Assembly: GCA_031425655.1 (NCBI GenBank)
Contig: JANPJS010000257.1
Location: 1-17,913, forward strand
DNA: 17,913 nt
Source: Abditibacteriaceae bacterium
GTDB taxonomy: Bacteria > Armatimonadota > Abditibacteriia > Abditibacteriales > Abditibacteriaceae
Direction of reading: 5' to 3'
In this document: piece after piece, positions 1-7,937 of the stretch
How positions within the stretch are numbered: position 1 is the stretch's first letter
Layout of the letters: each line of letters starts with the position of its first letter
Notes under the pieces: generated by a model
Told to the model about the DNA's origin: nothing
The model's database searches: none
Seen by the model: the letters and a program-made list of their open reading frames with translations, nothing else
Made by a program: the position numbers and the translations under genes

Positions 1-40
1 AGCCTCCGTGTTCCATTGAATGTATTGGTAGGGATTCAAC

Positions 41-1912
41 ATGAAATTTCGCATCCAATTGAGCGTTTTTCTCGTTTCGACGATGCTTTGCGCGTCCGGC
101 GCGATGGCGCAGCGGCAAATGGAAAATCTGGGGCGCGGCATCGTGGCGATTCTCCAAAACGACGGCAAAGTGTTCGTGAGTTGGCGGATGTTGGGCAGCG
201 ATGTGGATGTGATGGCTTTCGACCTTTTTCGCACGACGGCGGGCAAGACGATTAAGCTCAACGCCCAAGCAATTTCCGCTACGACGAATTTTGTGGATAA
301 AACCGCGCCTGCCGATGCCGCCCATGCCTATTTTGTGCAGCCTGTTTTAAAGGGATTAAAATCTGGGCCGAGTGCTGCTTTCACGTTGCCGGCCAACGCC
401 GTTGCGCGGCCTTATCTTTCGGTGCCGCTGCAAACGCCCGCCGGTTATACGCCTAATGACGGCTCGGTCGGCGATTTGGATGGCGACGGCGAATATGACA
501 TCGTTTTGCATCAAGCCGGGCGCGGCAAAGACAACTCGCAAAACGGCGAAACCGACCCGCCGATTCTGCAAGGCTACAAACTCGACGGCACGCTGCTGTG
601 GACGATAAATCTCGGCAAAAACATCCGCGAAGGCGCTCATTACACGCAGTTTATGGTCTTCGATTTGGACGGCGACGGGCGAGCCGAAATCGTCTGCAAA
701 ACCGCCGACGGCACGACCGATGGCAAGGGCAAAGTTATCGGCGACGCCAACGCAAACTGGGTGGATGCGGGGGGCCGCATTCTGCGTGGGCCGGAGTTTC
801 TGACTGTGTTTGACGGCTTAACTGGCGCCGCGTTGGCCACCACGAATTACATTCCGGCGCGGCATCCCGATACGCCAAATCCGAACGGCGATCAGCTTAA
901 AGCGATTTGGGGCGACGGCTACGGCAATCGCGGAGATCGTTTTTTGGCGTGCGTGGCTTATCTCGATGGCGTGCAGCCCAGCGTGGTTATGTGCCGGGGC
1001 TATTACACGCGCACCGTTTTGGCGGCGTGGGATTGGCGCGGCGGCAAACTGACGCATCGCTGGACGTTCGATTCCAACGATGCCGGCAACGACCGTTTCG
1101 CCGGACAGGGCAATCACAACCTCAGCGTCGGCGATGTGGACGGCGACGGCAAAGACGAAATTGTTTACGGCGGCATGACGGTTGACGACAACGGCAAAGG
1201 ACTGTATTCGACCGGTTTGGGGCACGGCGACGCGATGCATTTAAGCGATCTCGACCCCGACCGGCCCGGTTTGGAAGTGTTTCGTATTCAAGAGCGATTT
1301 GACGATGCCGCCTTGCACCTTTTCGACGCCAAAACCGGCGAAGTGCTGTGGAAAAAAGCGTCTTTGAAAGTCGCCACGTCGGGCGGCGACAAAGGCGAAG
1401 GGCCGGGGCGCGGCCTCGCGCTGGATATTGACCCGCGCACTCCCGGTTTCGAGTGTTGGGCGGCGGGCGCGGGAATGTTCGGCAAGCTGTTCGACTGCAA
1501 AGGAAATCAGATTGCCGATGCTTCGCCTTCGGTCAACATGGGCGTTTATTGGGACGGAGACCTGCTCAGCGAAATTTTAGACGGCACGAGCATCGGCAAA
1601 TGGGATTATTTAAACAGCAAAACCAAGCCGCTGCTGAACGCCAAAGACTTCGACTGCGCGTCCAACAACGGCAGCAAAGCCAACCCGGTTTTATCCGCTG
1701 ACATTTTGGGCGATTGGCGCGAAGAAGTGATTTATCGCACGACCGATAACAAAGAGCTACGCATTTTCACGACGACGATTCCCACGCAATTTCGCTTTCG
1801 CACACTGATGCACGATCCGATTTACCGACTCGGCATCGCGTGGCAAAACGTGGCTTACAACCAGCCGCCGCACGCCGGTTTTTATATCGGGCCGGGCATG
1901 AAAATGCCGTAA
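41..1912 (+). CDS. Rhamnogalacturonan lyase, polysaccharide lyase family 11 (YesW/YesX-like), secreted
   Basis: 623 aa with an N-terminal signal peptide. PL11 motifs: VFVSWR, GDLDGDGEYD, NIREGAHYTQFMVFDLDGDGRAE, KTADG, RGYYTR, GQGNH, GHGDAMH, DILGDWREEV, C-terminal WQNVAYNQPPH. Confidence 0.93.
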   Translation: MKFRIQLSVFLVSTMLCASGAMAQRQMENLGRGIVAILQNDGKVFVSWRMLGSDVDVMAFDLFRTTAGKTIKLNAQAISATTNFVDKTAPADAAHAYFVQPVLKGLKSGPSAAFTLPANAVARPYLSVPLQTPAGYTPNDGSVGDLDGDGEYDIVLHQAGRGKDNSQNGETDPPILQGYKLDGTLLWTINLGKNIREGAHYTQFMVFDLDGDGRAEIVCKTADGTTDGKGKVIGDANANWVDAGGRILRGPEFLTVFDGLTGAALATTNYIPARHPDTPNPNGDQLKAIWGDGYGNRGDRFLACVAYLDGVQPSVVMCRGYYTRTVLAAWDWRGGKLTHRWTFDSNDAGNDRFAGQGNHNLSVGDVDGDGKDEIVYGGMTVDDNGKGLYSTGLGHGDAMHLSDLDPDRPGLEVFRIQERFDDAALHLFDAKTGEVLWKKASLKVATSGGDKGEGPGRGLALDIDPRTPGFECWAAGAGMFGKLFDCKGNQIADASPSVNMGVYWDGDLLSEILDGTSIGKWDYLNSKTKPLLNAKDFDCASNNGSKANPVLSADILGDWREEVIYRTTDNKELRIFTTTIPTQFRFRTLMHDPIYRLGIAWQNVAYNQPPHAGFYIGPGMKMP

Positions 1913-1917
1913 ATTCT

Positions 1918-3237
1918 ATGAAAACTCACCTTTTTCTCTTATCCGCGCTGTGCTTTTCGGGCGCGGCGCACGCGGCGGAACAAACGTCGTGGAAATTCGA
2001 TTTTGGCAGCGGCGCGGCGGCGCTGGGCACTCTCAAAGTCACGCCGGACACGGTTTTTACTGTTGAACGCGGCTACGGTTTTGAACCCGGCGCGCGGCTT
2101 TCGGCGATAGAAAGCACCGTGCCGAATGCGGCACACCGCGATTTCATCACCAGCGATAAGCCGTTTTCCTTTTCGGTCGCTCTTCCCGAAGGCAATTACA
2201 GCGTGACGGCGATTTTAGGCGATGCCGAAGGCAAATCCGTGACGACGATTAAGGCCGAAGCGCGGCGTTTGATGCTGGAAAAAGTGCAAACCGCGCCCGG
2301 CCAATTCGTGATGCCGACTTTTACAGTCAACGTGCGCCGTCCGCAAATCGCCGAAGGCCGCGTCGTCGGCCTCAACACGCGCGAAAAGAATGCTTTAAAT
2401 TGGGACGACAAACTGACGCTGGAATTCAGTAACCGGCGGCCCTGCGTGGCCGGGCTGAAAATCACCAAAACCGACGACGCCATCACGCTGTTTTTGGCGG
2501 GCGATTCGACCGTTACCGATCAAGCCGCCGAGCCGTGGAGCAGTTGGGGCCAGATGCTGCCGCGTTTTTTCAAACCCGGCGTCGCGGTCGCCAATCACGC
2601 CGAATCGGGCCGCGCGCTTTACAGCTTCCGCAGCGAGCGCCGTTTCGACAAAATTCTCAGCACCATCAAGCCCGGCGATTATCTTTTTATTCAATTTGGG
2701 CACAACGATCAGAAAGACAAATCGCCCGGCTCCGGCCCATTCACAACGTATAAGCAGAATCTTAAGCAATATATCGTCGAAGCGCGCAAAAAAGGCGCTT
2801 TGCCGGTTCTCGTAACTCCGATGGAGCGGCGGCGCTGGGACGGCGACAAACCGCTGCAAACCTTAGCCGATTTTGCTGAAGCCGCCCGTCAAACTGGCCA
2901 GGAAGAGAACGTGCCGGTGATTGATTTACACGCGATGAGCCTGAGATTCTATGGGGCGCTCGGCCCTGAAAAATCGAAGAAAGCGTTCGTGCATTACGCG
3001 GCGGGCACTTTTTCCGGCCAAAATGAGGCGCTCAAAGACGACACGCATTTCAACGCTTACGGCGGCTATCAACTGGCGAAATCCGTCGTCGAAGGCATCA
3101 AAACGCAGGTTCCAGTGCTGGCGAAATTTCTGACGGACGACACGGTGCCGTTCGACCCGTCGCATCCCGATGATGTTGAAAAGTGGAGCCTGCCGCTTAG
3201 TTCTGCAACGACCGTTGCCAGACCCGAAGGAAACTAA
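1918..3237 (+). CDS. Rhamnogalacturonan acetylesterase (SGNH/GDSL, CE12-like) with N-terminal galactose-binding-like domain
   Basis: ATG 1918 starts a signal peptide (MKTHLFLLSALCFSGAAHA), 5 bp after the lyase stop. KFDFG...RGYGF N-terminal domain; catalytic blocks GDSTV, QFGHND and DDTH. Confidence 0.9.
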   Translation: MKTHLFLLSALCFSGAAHAAEQTSWKFDFGSGAAALGTLKVTPDTVFTVERGYGFEPGARLSAIESTVPNAAHRDFITSDKPFSFSVALPEGNYSVTAILGDAEGKSVTTIKAEARRLMLEKVQTAPGQFVMPTFTVNVRRPQIAEGRVVGLNTREKNALNWDDKLTLEFSNRRPCVAGLKITKTDDAITLFLAGDSTVTDQAAEPWSSWGQMLPRFFKPGVAVANHAESGRALYSFRSERRFDKILSTIKPGDYLFIQFGHNDQKDKSPGSGPFTTYKQNLKQYIVEARKKGALPVLVTPMERRRWDGDKPLQTLADFAEAARQTGQEENVPVIDLHAMSLRFYGALGPEKSKKAFVHYAAGTFSGQNEALKDDTHFNAYGGYQLAKSVVEGIKTQVPVLAKFLTDDTVPFDPSHPDDVEKWSLPLSSATTVARPEGN

Positions 3238-3246
3238 TTTTGGATT

Positions 3247-3330
3247 TTAAACACAAAGACACAAAGATTTTCAGCTCAGCAACAAAAACAAACTCGGAAA
3301 ATCTTTGCGTCTTCGTGCCTTTGTGTTTAA
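3247..3330. repeat. Intergenic inverted repeat built from 8-mer units (ACACAAAG x2 / CTTYGYGY x3)
   Basis: ttaaacacaaagacacaaagattttc (3247-3272) pairs with gaaaatctttgcgtcttcgtgcctttgtgtttaa (3297-3330). The right arm has one extra unit. Confidence 0.8.
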
Positions 3331-3356
3331 CAAGGCCAAGATTAAGAAAGGACAAA

Positions 3357-4211
3357 ATGACGATTTACAAAACATTCAACAAGCTGCCGCTTTTCGCGGC
3401 TCTGACGCTCGCCGCTACTTTATCCCTGAGCCGCGTTCACGCCGCTGACGCGGTGCCGCCCGCTGAGGCAGTGCCCGCTCCCGTTCCCGCGCCGCTGCCG
3501 ACGCTGTGGCTCATCGGCGATTCGACGGTCAATAATGGCACCAAAGGGCAGCAAGGCTGGGGCACGCCGATAGGCGAATATTTCGATGCGACGAAAATCA
3601 ACGTCGTCAACAAGGCGCGCGGCGGACGCAGCAGCCGCACATTTTTCACCGAAGGCTTGTGGGACGCGGTTCTGACACAAATGAAGCCGGGCGACTTCGT
3701 TTTGATGCAGTTCGGCCACAACGACGGCGGCTCCCTTCGCCAGAGCACACGCGCTTCGCTGAAGGGCAACGGCGAGGAAACCGCCGATTACACCGATGAG
3801 AAGACCGGAAAAACGGAAACAGTTCGCACTTTCGGCTGGTATTTGCGCCGTTACATCAGCGACGCCAAAGCCAAAGGCGCCACGCCGGTCGTGCTGTCCT
3901 TGATTCCGCGCAACGATTGGAAAGACGGCAAAGTGCATCGTGCTTATCCCGGTTACGGCCAAACGGCCAAAGACGCCGCCCAGTCCGGCGGCGCGCTTTT
4001 CGTTGACCTGAACGGCATCATCGCCGACCGCTACGACGCGATGGGACAAGACGCCGTGAAACCGTTTTTCCCTCACGAACACACGCACACCAACGCCGAA
4101 GGCGCCGCGCTCAACGCCGCTTCGGTCGTCGCAGGACTCAAAGGCTTACCGGATTCGCCCTTTACGCGCTTTCTTTCGCCCAAAGCTGATGAAATCAAAG
4201 CGGCCCCGTAA
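3357..4211 (+). CDS. Rhamnogalacturonan acetylesterase (SGNH/GDSL, CE12-like), secreted
   Basis: RBS gaaagga precedes ATG 3357. Signal peptide and Pro/Ala linker, then GDSTV, GGRSSRTF, QFGHND and EHTH motifs. Confidence 0.9.
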   Translation: MTIYKTFNKLPLFAALTLAATLSLSRVHAADAVPPAEAVPAPVPAPLPTLWLIGDSTVNNGTKGQQGWGTPIGEYFDATKINVVNKARGGRSSRTFFTEGLWDAVLTQMKPGDFVLMQFGHNDGGSLRQSTRASLKGNGEETADYTDEKTGKTETVRTFGWYLRRYISDAKAKGATPVVLSLIPRNDWKDGKVHRAYPGYGQTAKDAAQSGGALFVDLNGIIADRYDAMGQDAVKPFFPHEHTHTNAEGAALNAASVVAGLKGLPDSPFTRFLSPKADEIKAAP

Positions 4212-4224
4212 GTTTCTGCTCGGC

Positions 4225-4233
4225 TGCTAAACT
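4225..4233 (+). promoter_or_regulatory. Putative extended -10 promoter for the small gene pair
   Basis: TGcTAAACT about 20 bp upstream of ATG 4253, with RBS aaggtg at 4241-4246. Confidence 0.4.
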
Positions 4234-4252
4234 CAAAGACAAGGTGAATCCA

Positions 4253-4444
4253 ATGGCGAAAGTTTTAACATTCCAAATGAGCGACGACGAAGCGAAGCAA
4301 CTTGACGCGGAAGCACGCGAATGCCTTGCGGAATTGGATCGCATCAACGAGCGCATGGAAAGCCGGCAAGGGCGCATCGAATCGCTGCGCGTCGAAACGC
4401 GCGTCATGCTCAATCAGTTGCTTGAACAAATGAAAGTGGCTTGA
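4253..4444 (+). CDS. Small hypothetical coiled-coil protein (63 aa)
   Basis: RBS aaggtg and ATG 4253; helical, charged sequence; ends 2 bp before the next ATG. Confidence 0.75.
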   Translation: MAKVLTFQMSDDEAKQLDAEARECLAELDRINERMESRQGRIESLRVETRVMLNQLLEQMKVA

Positions 4445-4446
4445 TT

Positions 4447-4698
4447 ATGTGGCGTCAAGTCTGGGATTCCGTCCGCAAATTGCTTTCCTTAGCGCAAAAG
4501 TGGGAGCGCAGTCAGGAAGAAATCGAGGAACTGCGCCAACAGGTCAAAGACCTAACTGCCATCTCGCAAAAGCTCTATTACGAGTTGCAGCGCCTCAACG
4601 ATAAAGTCGATCATCAGCAGGAAAACACGATGCTGAAAATAGAAAACGAAATGCTCAAGTTCGAGCGCCGCCTGCCACCCGGCAAAGACGACAAATAA
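4447..4698 (+). CDS. Small hypothetical coiled-coil protein (83 aa)
   Basis: ATG 4447 closely follows the upstream stop; heptad pattern; C-terminus ENEMLKFERRLP; the stop codon runs into a hairpin. Confidence 0.8.
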   Translation: MWRQVWDSVRKLLSLAQKWERSQEEIEELRQQVKDLTAISQKLYYELQRLNDKVDHQQENTMLKIENEMLKFERRLPPGKDDK

Positions 4699-4732
4699 AA
4701 ACGCCGCGCCTGATAATTTCAGGCGCGGCGTT
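4693..4732. repeat. Palindromic element copy A (terminator-like hairpin), left boundary of the AT-rich segment
   Basis: aacgccgcgcctga-taatt-tcaggcgcggcgtt, a 14 bp perfect stem. 38/40 identical to the reverse complement of 7886-7925. Confidence 0.9.
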
Positions 4733-4738
4733 CTGCTT

Positions 4739-4744
4739 TATAAT
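4739..4744 (+). promoter_or_regulatory. -10 box for a probable leaderless transcript
   Basis: Perfect TATAAT 7 nt before ATG 4752, with no Shine-Dalgarno sequence. Confidence 0.55.
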
Positions 4745-4751
4745 CTTGTAT

Positions 4752-5180
4752 ATGAGAAGAACAATTCCAGTAAATCTTTATGTCGGCGATAGGGTGCAAA
4801 CTACAATGCACATTTCAGGCACGACAATTCAAGCGGGCACCGTCGGCGTCGTTACGGCTCAAAAGCCCGACAAGCACGGCCAATTATGCACTTACATTCG
4901 TTTCGAGGGCCAATCCGAAGACATCTATTTCTCGGTGACAACGACTTCACCTTCTTTTCGCAAATTACCTAAAGGCGCATCGCCGGTTTCGCCGTCCCCG
5001 GCTTCACAACCAGCAGCCACAAGTGATTTCGGCAAATATACGACGAAATGTGCCATTGGCGGCGCTATTTTAGGAGCTTTAATAAGTGCATCAAATGGTT
5101 GGGATATGACGATGGGAGCGGTCATGTTTGGAATTGTAGGATTCGTAATCGGCATCTTCGTGGATATGTTCATGTCGTGA
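4752..5180 (+). CDS. Hypothetical membrane protein: SH3-like N-terminus, Pro/Ser linker, two Gly-rich C-terminal hydrophobic helices
   Basis: The VGDRV...GTVGVV...IRFEG pattern suggests an SH3-like barrel (inference). AIGGAILGALIS and GAVMFGIVGFVIGIFV are hydrophobic glycine-zipper-like segments. Confidence 0.7.
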   Translation: MRRTIPVNLYVGDRVQTTMHISGTTIQAGTVGVVTAQKPDKHGQLCTYIRFEGQSEDIYFSVTTTSPSFRKLPKGASPVSPSPASQPAATSDFGKYTTKCAIGGAILGALISASNGWDMTMGAVMFGIVGFVIGIFVDMFMS

Positions 5181-5189
5181 GACATAGCA

Positions 5190-7850
5190 TTATTCTTGTT
5201 CTGCACCGATAATATCGCCTTCTTCATTGTCCGAGCATTGATTTTTCACTAAACGTGGAGTGGCAGCATCCTCCACAAGAATTCCATGACAATTATTCAC
5301 ACAAATATTGCCCTGTGCTATACCGCCTGCTCTATCTGAATATATGATGCCACAATCATTCTTTTCGCATCGATTATTAATTAGAACTGGATGGGCCTCA
5401 GTTTCAACATGGATTCCAAACCAATTGCCCACAAAGACGTTACCTTTTACTACTCCTGCTGCTTGGCCTGAACAACAAATGCCATTAGAATTTTTCTCGA
5501 ACCGATTTCTCTCCAATGATACCTGTGCCTGCTCTTGAATCAATATGCCGTTGTCATGGAATCTAAATTCGCAATCTTCTATTATTCCCTGAGTTTCATC
5601 CTCAAGCCCAAGCCACACTCCATTTCCCTTTTGGTTCACGATTGAATCAGAATCAGCAATTCCTTTGAACGTGCAACGACGCAATTTAATATAACCTTCG
5701 CTTATACTTATCATGGTCGAACTGACAGGCACACTACGCTCAAATGCAATATCCTGAATTTCCCACTCATTATCTCCACTTAAATACAAAAATGAATGTT
5801 CGATAGCCGATGCAATTCGACATTTACCTCCATCGCCTTTGAGCGTCAGGGATTTGAAAATATACAAAGTTTTTGTCAGCCGATATATTCCAGACTTTAG
5901 CCAAATTATGTCACCGGGTTCGGCTTTTTGTATAGCTTTTTCAAGACCGGCAACCGTGCTTACCGAGACGGCATTACGGCCACTCCCGGCTGCAATGCGT
6001 GCGGGTTGGAATATAACTTCATCGCCCTTCTTATTTTTTGAATATTGATTATTTTTCAACTGTGGAGTCGCTTTGTCCGCTGCGTGGATTCCGTAATCGT
6101 TATCAGCGCAAATGTTATCTCGTGCCTCACCCGCAGCACGTTTCCAATATTGGATACCCACATAATTCTTTTCACAGACGTTCTTTATTATCGTTGGTTG
6201 AGATTTGTCATAAACAACAATGCCCATATGATTTCCTACACAGATATTATTTTGTGCTACTCCTGCTGCGCTCCCGTAATAAATAATACCGCTTGAGTTT
6301 TTCTCGAACCGGTTGTTTTGCAGTGTGGGTTGAGAGTTGTAAACGAGAACCCCATTATCATGAAACATAAATTCACAATCTTCCACTACTCCTTTTGCAT
6401 TATCAGATAAATTCAAGCCGATTCTCTTATATAGAACAACAGAGGTCATATCTGCTTTGCCGTTAAAAAAGCATCGCTTCAATGTAATGCTGCCTTCCGT
6501 TACGGATAATAAAGTCGAATCTACTGGCATACTGCGTTCAAAAATAATATCTTGAATTTCCCATTCATTGTTTCCTACAAGATGGACAACATCGCCTGCG
6601 ATTGCCGACACAATACGACACTCATCTCCGTCGCCTATAAGATTGAGCGATTTGCTAATCTGCAAGATCTCGGTCAACACATAGGTCGCAGAACTTAACA
6701 AAATAGTATCTTTCGGTTCTGCATTCTCAACAGCGAGAACAAGGTCCTCGGTATCGTTAACCTTGATCGCTTTAGTGCCGGGCGCAATTTGAAATGCATT
6801 GCGAGATGGTTTAGCAACTGGCGTTACCTTCGGAGAGGGAGAATTGATAGGCAACAGAGTTTGGTTTGTTAGTTTGGTCTGGTAATCAGAGCAATCAAGA
6901 TCAAGTGATAAATCAGATTGTGTAACAGATGGAGCAGAATTTGAAGTAATATTAGTTCGCAATGCTTTCACAAATTCGCTCAATTTCTGCGGACGCTCAC
7001 TTTCCTTAATCTTCATCGCCCAGCGCACAGCTTGATTAATGGTATCACTCAAAAACCAATTGGTTTCTTTCACATCAGGCAATTCATCCCGATACATTCT
7101 TTCCATTGCGGCTACGGGTTCTTTGGCAGTCAGCAGAAAATAAAGCGTAGCGCCCAGCGAATAAATGTCAGTGAAAGTGCCAAGCGAAGCCTGCTTTACA
7201 TATTGTTCAGGTGGAGCGTAACCTTCCGTGCCCAGTTGCACTGTAGAACTCAGGCGACGAGTGCCCAAACCCGTTACTGGGGCTTCAATCTTCTTGTTCA
7301 AACCAAAATCAATCAATACAATACGTCCATCGTCGCAGACCATAATGTTGCCCGGATTAATGTCTCGGTGCAGCATTTGGGCGTTATGCACCACTTCCAA
7401 AGCCTCAGCGACTTTCTGGATATAGCCTACAGCCTCGGCTTCAGGCAAGGCGCCTTTAGTTTCAATCAGTTGCAGCAGCGTTTTCCCTTTGAGATGCTCC
7501 ATCACCATGTAAGCGGTGTTGTTTTCTTCAAAAAAGTTGTAGGCGTGAACAATTCCAGAATGCCGGAATTGTGCTAAAGCACGGGCTTCCAGAAGAAACT
7601 TTGATTTTAAGTCAGTAAAGGCAGAAGCAGTCATGTTGCCGCTTAATTGCACAGAGTTCCCTTGCCGTTTGCAACTACCAGCGACGAAAAGCTCTTTGAT
7701 GGCAACATAGCGTTGCAATTTTACGTCGCCAGCCCAATAAGTGATGCCAAAGCCGCCTTGTCCAAGCACTGGCCCGATAACGTAGGATGCATTTTGTAAA
7801 TTCGTTCGGTTTGCTAAGGCGTCAGGGATTTGATTATTTGGAGTGGGCAT
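5190..7850 (-). CDS. Hanks-type Ser/Thr protein kinase with two tandem right-handed parallel beta-helix (pectin-lyase-fold/NosD-like) modules
   Basis: 886 aa. Kinase motifs LGQGGFG, VAIKE, HRDINPGN, DFG, GTEGYAPPE and DIYSLG, then two ~265 aa modules with N-x-x-G-I repeats. No transmembrane helix evident. Confidence 0.92.
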   Translation of the reverse strand: MPTPNNQIPDALANRTNLQNASYVIGPVLGQGGFGITYWAGDVKLQRYVAIKELFVAGSCKRQGNSVQLSGNMTASAFTDLKSKFLLEARALAQFRHSGIVHAYNFFEENNTAYMVMEHLKGKTLLQLIETKGALPEAEAVGYIQKVAEALEVVHNAQMLHRDINPGNIMVCDDGRIVLIDFGLNKKIEAPVTGLGTRRLSSTVQLGTEGYAPPEQYVKQASLGTFTDIYSLGATLYFLLTAKEPVAAMERMYRDELPDVKETNWFLSDTINQAVRWAMKIKESERPQKLSEFVKALRTNITSNSAPSVTQSDLSLDLDCSDYQTKLTNQTLLPINSPSPKVTPVAKPSRNAFQIAPGTKAIKVNDTEDLVLAVENAEPKDTILLSSATYVLTEILQISKSLNLIGDGDECRIVSAIAGDVVHLVGNNEWEIQDIIFERSMPVDSTLLSVTEGSITLKRCFFNGKADMTSVVLYKRIGLNLSDNAKGVVEDCEFMFHDNGVLVYNSQPTLQNNRFEKNSSGIIYYGSAAGVAQNNICVGNHMGIVVYDKSQPTIIKNVCEKNYVGIQYWKRAAGEARDNICADNDYGIHAADKATPQLKNNQYSKNKKGDEVIFQPARIAAGSGRNAVSVSTVAGLEKAIQKAEPGDIIWLKSGIYRLTKTLYIFKSLTLKGDGGKCRIASAIEHSFLYLSGDNEWEIQDIAFERSVPVSSTMISISEGYIKLRRCTFKGIADSDSIVNQKGNGVWLGLEDETQGIIEDCEFRFHDNGILIQEQAQVSLERNRFEKNSNGICCSGQAAGVVKGNVFVGNWFGIHVETEAHPVLINNRCEKNDCGIIYSDRAGGIAQGNICVNNCHGILVEDAATPRLVKNQCSDNEEGDIIGAEQE

Positions 7851-7883
7851 AGATGAATTCTCTTGCTCTCATGTTTAACAAAG

Positions 7884-7925
7884 AAAACGCCGCGCCTGAA
7901 AGTTTCAGGCGCGGCGTTTTTATTT
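7884..7925. terminator. Palindromic element copy B; intrinsic terminator of gltBD and right boundary of the AT-rich segment
   Basis: aaaacgccgcgcctgaaa-g-tttcaggcgcggcgtttt (7884-7920) with T-runs on both strands, just after the gltD stop. Confidence 0.88.
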
Positions 7926-7937
7926 TCGACACGAGTT

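Noticed and set aside
1840..1917. Upstream GTG extension of the first esterase ORF
   Set aside because: It overlaps the lyase C-terminus. ATG 1918 gives a clean signal peptide.
3240..3356. N-terminal extension of the second esterase ORF
   Set aside because: It is a translation of the octamer repeat element. The RBS and signal peptide support ATG 3357.
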